64,000 nucleotides of DNA from a virus: IMG/VR virus record IMGVR_UViG_3300045988_105030, one strand, 5' to 3'. Numbering within the stretch: the stretch's first letter is position 1; every line of letters starts with the position of its first letter. This document shows positions 9,681 through 20,019 of the stretch, in pieces. The notes below the pieces were generated by a model. It saw nothing but the letters and a program-made list of their open reading frames with translations. It did not search any database and was not told where the DNA came from. Made by a program: the position numbers and the translations under genes.

Positions 9681-10994
9681 ATGTATGACATAAAAACGGG
9701 ATTGGGCAACGTGGGCACTGGAGGCGGCGCGCTGACGGGCGATTCCAACCGACCTAAGGCATACGATGACCGGAAAACCCCCTATTTTGCTGACGCGACA
9801 GGACGGTTTATTGCCCAATATGCCAGATATGCCACCAACCACACGGCGGCGCGGATGCAAGGCATGGACAGCGAGGACTTTTACGCATGGTCGGATCAGT
9901 TTCTCAGGCTGGCAGACGTGAACAAGCGAGGCGGCGCTATCGACCGGCCAACAGACGGCTATAAATCCTTTGTGGTGGAGGCACAGGCCGTGGAATATGT
10001 CCCGGAGGGTGCCAAGGTGGAGACTATGGGCAGCACCTGGCTGGTGACGAATCCGGCCAACATTTCAAGCTCTGTTGGAAACGGCATTATGCGGCGGTGC
10101 AACGCCACATGGAACCACATGGACTGGTACGGCAACATCAAAAAAGAACCCATTGTGGTGGAAAAGCCGTCCATGAACGCCACGGCCAATGATTTCCAGG
10201 AGACGGTGCTGCTGATGCAGGGGTATTTCAACCTCATTTTGCAGTTTAACGATGAGACGGCGGAGCTGGATGTAAACAGCCGATTGATGCTGGGGAGATC
10301 CGTCTACCAGATCACAGGCTACTCGGAGGTATCGGAGGAGTTCACAGGAAGAGAGGACAGCGTTCATCTGCTGCGTTTCGCGGCGCGGATCAAGGAACCG
10401 GATAAGGAAAAGGACGATCTGGTAAACCGGGTGGCAAACGCCTATCCCTTCCACTGGCAGGTGGATGTAGCAGGAACGCCCGCCATGAGCGGCGGAACGG
10501 AAGCACAGTTCACCGCAAAAAGCACCAGAAACGGCGCTGCGGCGGACGGCGACACAGCCCATCCGGTGCATTACCTGTGGCAGAGCAGCAACGAGGGCGT
10601 ATGCACCGTGGACGCAGCAGGCAAGGTGACGGCGGTGGGCGCAGGAACATGCCGCATTACGGCAACAGTGGCCGAGAACAGGACGCTGCAAGGCGAGATG
10701 ACTGTAACGGTGGAGGAGGGCTTCACCGGCGTGCGCTTTACCGGAACGCTGCCGGAGCGTATGCGCCCCTTTGAGACGGCGGAGATCGGCGCGGTATATG
10801 TGGAAAACGGCGCACAGACGGATAAAACGGTCACATGGCGGTTTTCCAGCGCAGACGAGACGGCCTATGGCGCAGAGGTAAAGGGAAACCGCGTGACCCT
10901 CACCTGCTGGAGCGGCAGCGCACAGCCGCTGACGGTGACGGCGGCATACGGGGAGGAACAGAGAAACGGTACTGTGGTATTGGAGGGATATTGA
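9681..10994 (+). CDS. structural protein with bacterial Ig-like (Big_2-type) domains
   Basis: 437 aa. C-terminal repeats such as VCTVDAAGKVTAVGAGTCRITATV are typical of Big_2 folds. Confidence 0.55.
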   Translation: MYDIKTGLGNVGTGGGALTGDSNRPKAYDDRKTPYFADATGRFIAQYARYATNHTAARMQGMDSEDFYAWSDQFLRLADVNKRGGAIDRPTDGYKSFVVEAQAVEYVPEGAKVETMGSTWLVTNPANISSSVGNGIMRRCNATWNHMDWYGNIKKEPIVVEKPSMNATANDFQETVLLMQGYFNLILQFNDETAELDVNSRLMLGRSVYQITGYSEVSEEFTGREDSVHLLRFAARIKEPDKEKDDLVNRVANAYPFHWQVDVAGTPAMSGGTEAQFTAKSTRNGAAADGDTAHPVHYLWQSSNEGVCTVDAAGKVTAVGAGTCRITATVAENRTLQGEMTVTVEEGFTGVRFTGTLPERMRPFETAEIGAVYVENGAQTDKTVTWRFSSADETAYGAEVKGNRVTLTCWSGSAQPLTVTAAYGEEQRNGTVVLEGY

Positions 10995-10995
10995 G

Positions 10996-11343
10996 ATGGG
11001 CAGACCTATGTGTGCATTCGCATACCGAAAGCGGCGGGAGATCACGCTGCGATGCCGGAACCAAAATGGAGAGACCAACTACTGCTGCTATCAATACTAC
11101 TGCCCGCAGACGGGACAGTATGAAAACGCAGATGAGCGGCGGACATGCCGCCTGCTGAACAAGGAAGAAACCGCCATTGTCACGCTGAAAGGAGAGGAAA
11201 ACAATGGAGAAAATGAGCGCCAAATGGCTGACGGAGTGCAGAACGTACATGCCGCTGATGAAAAAAACGGAGCTGGCAAGCCGGTGCGCAGAAAAATGTC
11301 TGGAAGAGGTAAGGATCACGACAGAGGGAAGGGCGGCAGGTGA
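10996..11343 (+). CDS. small Cys-rich protein; 3' 140 nt overlaps the next gene
   Basis: SD GGAGGGA 7 nt upstream. The first ~70 codons have coding-like third-position GC. There is no stop before 11341, so the tail overlaps the 11204 gene in another frame. Confidence 0.4.
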   Translation: MGRPMCAFAYRKRREITLRCRNQNGETNYCCYQYYCPQTGQYENADERRTCRLLNKEETAIVTLKGEENNGENERQMADGVQNVHAADEKNGAGKPVRRKMSGRGKDHDRGKGGR

Positions 11344-11758
11344 TACGCCGCCGATGTACCGGGAAAACGCGCAGAAAAAGTCCAGATACCTGATGGGCAT
11401 TTTGCTGCGGTGGTATCTCAAACGGGATTTTGAAGGCGCAGAGGGCGAGGAATGGCTGGTAAGCGCAGACGACTATGACCGGTGGGCAGGCGAACACCTG
11501 ATGCACCAGATCGAGCGGATGAAAGCAGAGGGCGGCGAGACCAGAAACCGCGCCTTTGACCTGATAGGCGATTACCGGGACATGGAAAAGCGGCTGAGCA
11601 GCGAGATTTACGCCGACCTGCAGATCATGAATGACCCGGTGGCAAGGCTTTCTATGGCAATGACCAGCGCCGTAACGCCGGAGTCGGTTCAGCAGATGGC
11701 AGAGGACGCGGAAAAACTGAAAAACATGCTGAAAAATATCAAAACTGAAACGGCGTAA
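11204..11758 (+). CDS. hypothetical protein
   Basis: 184-aa ORF with strong SD GAAAGGAGAGG. Confidence 0.55.
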   Translation: MEKMSAKWLTECRTYMPLMKKTELASRCAEKCLEEVRITTEGRAAGDTPPMYRENAQKKSRYLMGILLRWYLKRDFEGAEGEEWLVSADDYDRWAGEHLMHQIERMKAEGGETRNRAFDLIGDYRDMEKRLSSEIYADLQIMNDPVARLSMAMTSAVTPESVQQMAEDAEKLKNMLKNIKTETA

Positions 11759-11835
11759 AAGTTATAAAAATATCGAAAATGAAACATAATTGTCGATGTT
11801 TCATGTGAAACAATTACAAAAACGGAGGTGACGGC

Positions 11836-12531
11836 ATGGCGGCAAGCTTTGATAGCCCGTGGTATCCCTTTGAAAAAGTGCAAGAGGGGAGCTGCACCTA
11901 TAAGGGGGCAGAGATCGTGCCCAAAAAGCTGGTGAACTATCTGCTGGATCTTCCTGACAAGGCGGGATACCGGCCAAGCGACGACAACGCGAGGCCGAGA
12001 GTGCGGCTGATGAAATATCTGTGGCACGATGGGGCGCGGCCTCTGGCCGGAAAGCTTCCCACGCCGCAGGAGAAAATGAGCCTTCTGTTTGATGGAGAAT
12101 CCCCGGTTGTGGACACGGAGGAGCAGAAAAAGCGGCATCCGAAGGGATACCGGCTGTTTCCGCAGCAGTATTGGGGGCAGGCGCAGAGCATGGCACAGAG
12201 CACCATTAAGGTGTACATAGGGCGCGTGATCCCGCTGACGGCGTTCACAGCCAGCGTGGGCGTATATTTTGAGATTTTGTGCAACTACGGGCATGAGGGT
12301 ACCACGAAAACAGATGCCTATTCCCGCAGCTTTGACATGGAGCAATGCCTGATCGAAGCGCTGAACGGCGTGAACATCGGCGGCGCCGGCGTGATGAGCT
12401 TTGATAGAGGCGCACATCCGGACAACGGCTCGCGCCCTGTCTATGACGAGGGAACCAACGTGGGCAGACGACTGCACATGAGCCTTGCGTGGGCGGAGAG
12501 CGACGGTGAAAGCGTCGTGACCACATTTTGA
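11836..12531 (+). CDS. hypothetical protein
   Basis: 231-aa ORF with SD ACGGAGGTGA. Confidence 0.55.
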   Translation: MAASFDSPWYPFEKVQEGSCTYKGAEIVPKKLVNYLLDLPDKAGYRPSDDNARPRVRLMKYLWHDGARPLAGKLPTPQEKMSLLFDGESPVVDTEEQKKRHPKGYRLFPQQYWGQAQSMAQSTIKVYIGRVIPLTAFTASVGVYFEILCNYGHEGTTKTDAYSRSFDMEQCLIEALNGVNIGGAGVMSFDRGAHPDNGSRPVYDEGTNVGRRLHMSLAWAESDGESVVTTF

Positions 12532-12551
12532 AAGAACGGAGGACGGCGCGG

Positions 12552-12854
12552 ATGGATGAGATTCAGATGGAGCACCGCTTGGCCGAGGTGGAGCAGCGGA
12601 GCAAAAGCAACACACACCGCATTGACGAGTTGGCGAAAGAGCAGAAGGCGCTGAATGAACTGGCCACCTCGGTGGCGATGATGACGCAGGAGCAGAAGGA
12701 CATCCGGGAGGACATTTCCGAGGTCAAGAAGGATGTGAAGACGCTGACGAACCTGCCGGCGAAGCGATGGAACGACGTGGTGGAAAAGCTGGCGTGGCTT
12801 ATCCTGGGCGGCGCTGTGGCAGCGCTGCTGGCGCAGGCGGGGATACACATTTAA
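12552..12854 (+). CDS. XhlA-like coiled-coil protein with C-terminal membrane anchor
   Basis: ATG 12552 after GGAGGA. 100 aa with a heptad-like coiled coil, then the hydrophobic segment LAWLILGGAVAALLAQAG. This is the same architecture as the PBSX XhlA family. Confidence 0.5.
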   Translation: MDEIQMEHRLAEVEQRSKSNTHRIDELAKEQKALNELATSVAMMTQEQKDIREDISEVKKDVKTLTNLPAKRWNDVVEKLAWLILGGAVAALLAQAGIHI

Positions 12855-12889
12855 AAAGACGGTGTTTCGTGTGGGAAAGGAGAACATGA

Positions 12890-13693
12890 ATGGAACTCGC
12901 ACCCAACATAAAAAAAGCAATCCAACGGTATGCACCGGTGGAGGCGGAGGGCCTGACGCTGTATCCGGTGGTGATGGCAGAGCGGGAGGAGTTTGAATAC
13001 GCAAGGTCCGCCATCGACATGATGCAGCAGAGTATGCCGCCTGCCTATGCAGCCATGCCCCTTTTGAGCGCCTATTACAAAATGGATTATGAGGCGGCGA
13101 TGAAGGGAGAAGAGCCGGTAGGACTTTTTGCCGGGGCGCTGCTGATGCTGGCGCTGTCCCTGCGGCTGGGGACGGGCCTGACAGCGGAGGAACGGCTGGG
13201 TCTTTTCCGGCTGAAGGCAGACGGCGAGGACATGAGCCGCTTGCTGGCGGTGACATTCTGGGCAGACGGCGAGGAATTGCACAGCGTAACGCCAGTGCAG
13301 TTTCAGCGTTTGCGGGAAATCATTGCGGCGCAAAACGGAATTGAGTTGACGCCGGAGGATGCCAACGCGGAGCTGGTTGAAGCGGAGAGAGCCTTGCACG
13401 AGATGGAGGGCGCGGCGCTAAGCGGTGACGCGGGAGAAAAAATTGCTGCGGTGTGCGCCCTGTGCCGTGTGGACGAGGACGAGGTGGAGCAATGGCCGAT
13501 TCTGAAATTTCAGACGAGAGCCAAGACGTGGCAGCGGATCATAGGTTTCGCCGTGTGCGGCGTGGCGCAGGCACAGGGAGGACGCTGGAAGGGCGGGAAT
13601 CCGTATCCCAGTATGTTCTATGAGAGAACCGACCGGGAAAGCGGCGCACTGCGGCCTATCAACGAGGTAACGCGGGGAATGACGGCGCAGTGA
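12890..13693 (+). CDS. hypothetical protein
   Basis: 267-aa ORF with SD GGAAAGGAG. Confidence 0.55.
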   Translation: MELAPNIKKAIQRYAPVEAEGLTLYPVVMAEREEFEYARSAIDMMQQSMPPAYAAMPLLSAYYKMDYEAAMKGEEPVGLFAGALLMLALSLRLGTGLTAEERLGLFRLKADGEDMSRLLAVTFWADGEELHSVTPVQFQRLREIIAAQNGIELTPEDANAELVEAERALHEMEGAALSGDAGEKIAAVCALCRVDEDEVEQWPILKFQTRAKTWQRIIGFAVCGVAQAQGGRWKGGNPYPSMFYERTDRESGALRPINEVTRGMTAQ

Positions 13694-13761
13694 CTGCGGA
13701 GCCACCCAGCGGCAAGAAGGATAAGACGCGACAACAAATTTGAAAAGGAGTGGACAGAGAC

Positions 13762-14874
13762 ATGATTAGATTTACCGATACCCCGCTGTTTGTGCGCGGT
13801 ATTTGCAGCGCACAGCTGGCGGACATCAGCACCGGTGACGTGCTGTTTTCCAGCAACAAGTATCAGAGCGGCAACATCACCTGCTCGGTGAACGCCGATC
13901 CCCTGCGTGCGGGACTGAACAACCCCATTGCAACGGTGATCGAGAGTGACCCGGACATTCAGGTGAACTTTACGCAGGCAGACTTCAACCTGAACACCAA
14001 GATGGCGGCTGTGGGCGCACACGTGACCTACAACGCTGTTGTACCTGTGTGCCAGGTGGTGACGGCCAAGGCTGAGACGCTGAGCGTGGACGTGACGGAT
14101 GGTGCTCCTGCCGCCAGCTACGGAATGGACAGAGCCGTTTGCTATGTGCAGGAGGTGGGCGCGGCCAGCAAGATCGCCACGGGCGGCACCGCCTATGACA
14201 TCAGCGAGGCAGGTGCGATTACCGGCTTTACCGCAGAGATCGGCAAGCAGTACAAGGTTTGGTACTATACCCGGAAAATGAACGCCGCTGTGGGTACGCT
14301 GACCAGTGCCATGAACGGCAAGATCGGCATTTTTACGGCACAGCTGGCGGTTTACAGCAACGTGAACGCCAAGACCAACGAAGGCACCCGCTGCGGCTGG
14401 CTGTACATCCATGTGCCGCTGAAGCTTCAGGCGGACGGCGCGACCGTGACCGGAGACCAGAGCACCTACGACACCACCGCCATTGTGGGGCGCGCCATTT
14501 CCAACGACAGCGGCGTGATCTCCGGCACCTGTGAGGACTGCGCGGAATCCACGCTGGCATGGTACGTGCTGGCGCTGGAGGACGGCGTGAGCGTGGTGAC
14601 GGGCCTTGTGGCGCAGATCGGCGGCGTGATCTCCGTGCCCAAGAGCGGCAATGCGCAGGTGCAGCCCAAGGCCGTGGTCGCCAACGGGCAGCTGGTGAAC
14701 ATTGCCCCTGCCAAATGCACCTATAACCTGACCGGCGGCCCCGATGGCACCACCGTGGACGCCAAGGGCGTTATCAAGGCGGGCGCTACCGCAGGCGAGG
14801 GACAGCTGACCGTGACGCTGGAGGATGGCGGCGAGACCTTCACCGACAAGTGTACCGTAAGCGTGACCGGCTAA
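13762..14874 (+). CDS. major tail protein with C-terminal Ig-like domain
   Basis: ATG 13762 after AAGGAG. 370 aa. C-terminus GVIKAGATAGEGQLTVTLEDGGETFTDKCTVSV is Big_2-like. Sits two genes upstream of the tape measure. Confidence 0.55.
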   Translation: MIRFTDTPLFVRGICSAQLADISTGDVLFSSNKYQSGNITCSVNADPLRAGLNNPIATVIESDPDIQVNFTQADFNLNTKMAAVGAHVTYNAVVPVCQVVTAKAETLSVDVTDGAPAASYGMDRAVCYVQEVGAASKIATGGTAYDISEAGAITGFTAEIGKQYKVWYYTRKMNAAVGTLTSAMNGKIGIFTAQLAVYSNVNAKTNEGTRCGWLYIHVPLKLQADGATVTGDQSTYDTTAIVGRAISNDSGVISGTCEDCAESTLAWYVLALEDGVSVVTGLVAQIGGVISVPKSGNAQVQPKAVVANGQLVNIAPAKCTYNLTGGPDGTTVDAKGVIKAGATAGEGQLTVTLEDGGETFTDKCTVSVTG

Positions 14875-14883
14875 AAAAATAAA

Positions 14884-14912
14884 CTCCCCTCCCGCTGTTT
14901 GGCGGGAGGGGA
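14884..14912. terminator. strong stem-loop after major tail gene
   Basis: CTCCCCTCCCGC tgttt G GCGGGAGGGGA. An A-run precedes it on the plus strand, so the U tract exists only for the minus strand. Confidence 0.4.
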
Positions 14913-14970
14913 CAGACGCGAGTGCGCGGCGGCAATGGCGGCGCATTGGCGTGTGTAAGAAAAGGGGGCG

Positions 14971-15522
14971 GTGAGCGTTGTGGCAATGAAGATCATGGGG
15001 CAATTCAGCGGATTTGAGGCGGATATCGCCGCGCTGGAGATGCAGGTGAAAAACGCCTTTCGCGCCTCCCGCAAGGCGCTGGCAGACGACATGCGGGAGT
15101 GCTTGCAGGATCACATTGAGGTGGAGGTCTACGACGCTTTTCAGCCCACAGAATATGTGCGCCGGGAGGGAAACGGCGGCTTATACGACATGAGCGCCAG
15201 CGCCACCGTGTTTTCTGACGAACGGGACGGCGGCATGAATCTGACGTTTTTATACCAGCCAAGCGGCGCAACGGACGGAGAGGGCAACGAGATAGAACCC
15301 CATGTAGACGGGGACGATCTTATCAACCGTATTGAGAAAAAAGAACCGCCTTATAACTGGCGAAGAAAGCCGGGAAAGCGTCCATTCTTCCGGCATTTTG
15401 TGGAAGAAATGATCGGCGGCAGAGCGGAGGAGACGCTGGTGCGGGCGATGAACACGGCAGACCCCGCACTTGAGGTGGCGGCAGACGGCGGGGTGGTAAG
15501 GGAAAGCGAGGATTGGAGGTAG
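14971..15522 (+). CDS. hypothetical protein in tail-chaperone position
   Basis: 183-aa ORF (GTG start) between the major tail and tape measure genes. I saw no obvious slippery site. Confidence 0.45.
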   Translation: MSVVAMKIMGQFSGFEADIAALEMQVKNAFRASRKALADDMRECLQDHIEVEVYDAFQPTEYVRREGNGGLYDMSASATVFSDERDGGMNLTFLYQPSGATDGEGNEIEPHVDGDDLINRIEKKEPPYNWRRKPGKRPFFRHFVEEMIGGRAEETLVRAMNTADPALEVAADGGVVRESEDWR

Positions 15523-15525
15523 CGT

Positions 15526-18500
15526 ATGGCGATTTTCAAGGTAACGGCTGTACCTGATTTTTCACAGCTCAGGGGTGAAATTGCAAGACTGCAAGGCAGC
15601 CCCGTGACTTTGGGCGTTGATACGCGGCAGGCCAATGTAAACATCAAAGCGACCACGCAGAATTTGAAAAAACTGACGGAAACCTTTTCCCCGGACGGAG
15701 AACTAGTGCATTCCGTCTCCAATTACAGCAAACGGGTCGGCGAGGTCGTAACGGTAACAAAGTCCCTCGACAGGGAAAGCGGCGAGATGACCGTGACCAG
15801 CAAAAAGGTCACGCAAAACTTCGAGGCACAGGCGAGGGCGGCGCAAAAGGCGGCAAGAGAGGTACAGAGCGCGGCAGACGCCTACCGCGCATACACGGCA
15901 CAGCAGAATAAGGGGTATACGCCCACCGCCATGCAGCGGCGCATTGAGAGTATTACCGGCATCAGCGGCGGCAGCACCAAGAGCGCTTCGGATAGCGCAA
16001 AGGTTTTTGAAAGAGCGTGGCTGAACGCCAGCGGCAAGGTGCAGGACGGAGCGCAAAAGGCGGCAAGGGAGGTCAAAAACGTCGGGAAAGCCGCCAAGGA
16101 AACCTCCGGCTTTGCCGATTTGATGGGAGACAGCTTCGGGCGCGTGGCGGCAAAGATGGCGATGTGGCAGGTAATGGGCAACACCATCGCCGGTGTAAAG
16201 CGCGAATTTACAGAAGCCCTTAAAACCATGAAGGCCGTGGATGACGAGATGGTGACGATCCGAAAGGTCACGGGTGCATCCAAGGACGAGCTGGAGAAGA
16301 TCGAGAAGCAGGCGTACAAGACCGCCAGCGCCTACGGTGTGGCGGCGGACGAGTACCTGAAATTCGTGTCGGGATTTAGCCGCGCCGGTTACGGCGAACA
16401 GGCATCCGCACTGGCGGAGCTGGCTGCCAAGACGCAGATTGTAGGCGACACCAACGCCGAAACGGCGCAGCAGTTCCTTTTGTCCGTGGACGCAGCGTAC
16501 AAGTATCAGGGCAACATTGAGCAGCTGACGAAGGTGCTGGATGGAGCCAATGAGATCGACAACCGTTACGCAACCAGCATATCGAAGATCGCCGAGGGCT
16601 TGGGCAAGGTGGCGCCTATTGCGGCGCAGGCCCATGTGGGCGTGGATGAGCTGACGGCGGCTATCGGCACCATCACCGCTGTGACGCAGCGCAGCGGCAC
16701 AGAGGCCGCCACCGCGCTGCGGGCGCTTTTCCTGAATATCATAGGCGATACCAAGACGGAAATCGACGAGGGCGTGACATGGACCACCGGCGAAATCGCC
16801 GGACTGCGGGATGTCATCAAGGTTTACGCCAAGGACGCCTATGACGCGGCGAAGGCATCCGGCGATGTCATTAACCCCATGAAGGCCATTGCCGGGTTGT
16901 CCCAGAGCATGAAGGATGGTTTCCTGACTGAGCAGCAGCTGATGGAGATGGTCAGCGACATCGGCGGCAAGCTGCGTACCTCCCAGCTTTTGGCGCTGAT
17001 CCAGAACTGGGATATGTACGAGTCCATGCTCACCGACTTTGCCGGAGCTGCCGGGAGCGCGGACAAGGAAGTGGAAAACGCGCTGGATAGCTGGACTCGC
17101 AAGACGGAGATCCTGAAAAACAAGTGGACGGAGTTCGTGAGCCACCTTGTGGAGACGGACACCATCAAGGGTGCGCTGGACGGCGTGATAAAACTGGTGG
17201 AGTTTTTGGACAGCGACACCGGGCGGCTCGTTGTGCAGATGAGCTTGCTGGTGGGTACGCTGGCACTTTTGAACAAGGGCTTTACCTCCCTTATGACCAA
17301 AACGGCTGTGGGGACGTTCTTTGGAACGCTGACCTCCGCCATCGGCGGAAACGCGATGGCTACCACCCAACTCATCGGACAACTGAAATCGCTGGTGGCT
17401 ATTCTGCCGCAAATCGGTATCGGAGCGGCGATTTTTGCGGCACTGGCGGCGGCAATTTATGTCGGGACGCAGAAGCAGCGGGAGTACAACAACGCCTTGA
17501 AGGAAACGGAGGAAATACAGTCCAAACTGGGCGAAACGCAAAGTGAATATGACGCGCTGATCAACAAGACCGGGGAACTGACCGCCGAGGAAAAGAAACG
17601 GCTGGATGTCCTGAAGGAACTGCGAAAAGAGCAGGAAAAGCAGCTGGAGGCAGCGAAAAAGGCGGAGTGGACGGCATGGAACAAGCTGCACGGCAGCGGG
17701 GCTAAAACGGTCGTTGGCGGCGGTGAGGGCGTTGGCGGCGGACTTGGTGCAGGTGCTCTGAAAACGGAGCGCATGGATATTGAGGCACTGCGGAACTACC
17801 GGGAAGAGCTGGCGGCTATTGAGGCGCAGTATCGCGCCGGGGAAATGTCCGCTGGTGCGTATTATGACGCGCTGGAGAAGCTGAACGCCGCCCGCGAGGA
17901 CAGCGTAGAAACCATCCGCGCCGCCATAGACGCCGGATATGATGTGACGGAGGAGCAGCGGGAGCTGGTGGCTGCCTACGACCGGGTGCAGCAGACGCTT
18001 GGCGTTACGCAGAACGCCACGAAGGACTATATTTCCGAGCTGATCGAGGAGGCGCGGCAGAGCGGGGCGACCGGCAAGGCACTGTACGACCTTGTGGCGG
18101 CGCAGATCACCGCCAGCAGCACGGGGCTGGACGTGAGCCAGCAGATCGCGGCGCTGCAGGCACTGGCGGTGCAGGCGGGGTATACGGCGCAGGCCATTGC
18201 CCAGGTGTTTTCCTACGCCAACGGCGCGGGCACCTATCAGGCAGACAGTGATGAGATCAAGCAGCGGGCGCAGGAACTGATGGAGAGCGGCGCGGCCAGC
18301 AGCGTGAGTCAGGCATTCAATCTGGCGAAAAAGCAGCTGACGGAAGAAGCGTGGGGCAACCTGACCGGCAACTACACGCCCAGTATCAGCGTTCCCTCCG
18401 TCTCCTATCCCAGCGGGGGCGGCTATTCCGGCGGCGGTTATTCCGGCGGCAGTTCGTCCTCCCGAGGAGACGGCGGGCGGCAAAACGCACAAGCGCAGAT

Positions 18501-19677
18501 CAAGAAGCTGCAAAAAGAGCGGGACGCGGAGCTGGCTGTAATCCAAAAGCAGATCGACGCGCTGAAGGAACAGACAGAGGAAGAGGATCGGCAGGCAAAG
18601 CTAGAGGAATATAAGCTTGAGATCCTGAAAAAACAGGACGCTGTGATGAACGCCCGCAACGAGCGGACGGTGCGCCAGTACAACGCCTCCACGGGGCAGT
18701 GGGAATGGGTGGCGGACGCGACCAAGGTGAAAAAAGCCGAGGAGGATCTGGAAAACGCCAAGAAGGAGCTGCGGGAATATGAGCGCAAGGTGGAGATAGA
18801 CCTTGCGGTGGACGAACTAAAGGCACGGCAGGATGCCATCAAGGCGGCGTATCAGATCAAGATCGACGCTTGGCAGGACTATCTTGATGGGCTTTCCAGC
18901 GCCATCAGTGCAGAAAAGTCGATGCTTGACCAGAGTGTGGCCAACAACCAGGCGGCGACAAACGCCATTATAAAAGCGTGGAACGAGGCCAACAAGGCGA
19001 AAGAGAACGGAAACGAAAGCGGTGATGTGCAAAGCCCCGGTGGCGGAGATGACACCGTTTATGCCCCCGATAACGCCAGTACCACCGACATCAAGATTAT
19101 GCAGGCGTATTTGGGCGTTACACCGGATGGCATCTGGGGAAAAAACTCGGAGGCCGCGTTGAAAAAGAGCCGGTTTTCCAGTTTTGACGAGATGCTGCGG
19201 CACTTCTATGCAGATGGCGGTGCGCTGGATCAGGCTGTGGCAAAAGTGAGAAGCGACAAGGTTGCCAAAAGTACATACGACGAGGCCATGAGAAACGGGT
19301 ATTCCTCCACGCAATCTTACGCAGTTGTGGCAAGGTCGTACAAGTACGACGAGGGCGGCATTTTGAAAGGCATGGGCGGCATAAAGGCTACGCCGAAAGA
19401 TGAGATCGTGCTGCCGCCGAAGCTGGCCGCCAAGATGCTGACGCCGCTGGCAGACAGAACCTTTAAGGCACGGCTGGGAGAGCTGGGCTTCCTTTACGGC
19501 GCGGAAACGGGACTTCCGAGGACGCTGACGGGCAGCACGGACAACAGGAGCTATACCGACAACAGCGGCACACGCTATCAGATCGGCTCGATTGTCATGA
19601 CAGAGCAGCAAGCCAAGCACACCACCATTTATGAGGCGGCGCAGCAGGCCCATAACCTGCAAGCCTTTAACGCATAG
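15526..19677 (+). CDS. tail tape measure protein
   Basis: 1383 aa with long helical/coiled regions, hydrophobic segments mid-protein and Gly-rich stretches. Near the C-terminus IKIMQAYLGVTPDGIWGKNSEAALKK looks like a peptidoglycan-binding repeat. Confidence 0.85.
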   Translation: MAIFKVTAVPDFSQLRGEIARLQGSPVTLGVDTRQANVNIKATTQNLKKLTETFSPDGELVHSVSNYSKRVGEVVTVTKSLDRESGEMTVTSKKVTQNFEAQARAAQKAAREVQSAADAYRAYTAQQNKGYTPTAMQRRIESITGISGGSTKSASDSAKVFERAWLNASGKVQDGAQKAAREVKNVGKAAKETSGFADLMGDSFGRVAAKMAMWQVMGNTIAGVKREFTEALKTMKAVDDEMVTIRKVTGASKDELEKIEKQAYKTASAYGVAADEYLKFVSGFSRAGYGEQASALAELAAKTQIVGDTNAETAQQFLLSVDAAYKYQGNIEQLTKVLDGANEIDNRYATSISKIAEGLGKVAPIAAQAHVGVDELTAAIGTITAVTQRSGTEAATALRALFLNIIGDTKTEIDEGVTWTTGEIAGLRDVIKVYAKDAYDAAKASGDVINPMKAIAGLSQSMKDGFLTEQQLMEMVSDIGGKLRTSQLLALIQNWDMYESMLTDFAGAAGSADKEVENALDSWTRKTEILKNKWTEFVSHLVETDTIKGALDGVIKLVEFLDSDTGRLVVQMSLLVGTLALLNKGFTSLMTKTAVGTFFGTLTSAIGGNAMATTQLIGQLKSLVAILPQIGIGAAIFAALAAAIYVGTQKQREYNNALKETEEIQSKLGETQSEYDALINKTGELTAEEKKRLDVLKELRKEQEKQLEAAKKAEWTAWNKLHGSGAKTVVGGGEGVGGGLGAGALKTERMDIEALRNYREELAAIEAQYRAGEMSAGAYYDALEKLNAAREDSVETIRAAIDAGYDVTEEQRELVAAYDRVQQTLGVTQNATKDYISELIEEARQSGATGKALYDLVAAQITASSTGLDVSQQIAALQALAVQAGYTAQAIAQVFSYANGAGTYQADSDEIKQRAQELMESGAASSVSQAFNLAKKQLTEEAWGNLTGNYTPSISVPSVSYPSGGGYSGGGYSGGSSSSRGDGGRQNAQAQIKKLQKERDAELAVIQKQIDALKEQTEEEDRQAKLEEYKLEILKKQDAVMNARNERTVRQYNASTGQWEWVADATKVKKAEEDLENAKKELREYERKVEIDLAVDELKARQDAIKAAYQIKIDAWQDYLDGLSSAISAEKSMLDQSVANNQAATNAIIKAWNEANKAKENGNESGDVQSPGGGDDTVYAPDNASTTDIKIMQAYLGVTPDGIWGKNSEAALKKSRFSSFDEMLRHFYADGGALDQAVAKVRSDKVAKSTYDEAMRNGYSSTQSYAVVARSYKYDEGGILKGMGGIKATPKDEIVLPPKLAAKMLTPLADRTFKARLGELGFLYGAETGLPRTLTGSTDNRSYTDNSGTRYQIGSIVMTEQQAKHTTIYEAAQQAHNLQAFNA

Positions 19678-19697
19678 GAGAGAGGAGCGAGACACCG

Positions 19698-20003
19698 ATG
19701 GGCAATGAGACGGGGGCTTTGGTAACGCTGGCGCAGCGGCTATGGAATAACTTTTTTCGACACAGGGTAAAGGAGACGCAGACGGACATGCTGCGCTTTT
19801 ACCGGGCGGAGGTGACGAAGGCGGCGGCAAACGGCAGGATCACAGTGCGACGGCCCTTTGACACAACGGAAGCATCGCTGGGCTATGTGGCGAGTATGGC
19901 GGGTGCGCCGGTGGGGTCACAGGTGGTGGTGCTGGTGTTTGGCGAGAAAAAGAACGCGGCCAACCAGAAGATCATCATGTATACCGACGGGTCGAATTTG
20001 TGA
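19698..20003 (+). CDS. hypothetical tail protein
   Basis: 101-aa ORF with SD GGAGAGAGGAG, directly after the tape measure. Confidence 0.5.
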   Translation: MGNETGALVTLAQRLWNNFFRHRVKETQTDMLRFYRAEVTKAAANGRITVRRPFDTTEASLGYVASMAGAPVGSQVVVLVFGEKKNAANQKIIMYTDGSNL

Positions 20004-20019
20004 GAAAGGCGGAGAAAAC

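Noticed and set aside
4121-18546. Very long antisense ORFs in the late region (for example 5218-7824 at 868 aa, 15703-18546 at 947 aa, 4121-5788, 13618-15114).
   Set aside because: They lie opposite genes that have RBSs, operon coupling and recognisable structural-protein features. Their translations are Arg/Gly/His/Leu-rich low-complexity strings, typical of stop-poor antisense frames in GC-rich DNA.
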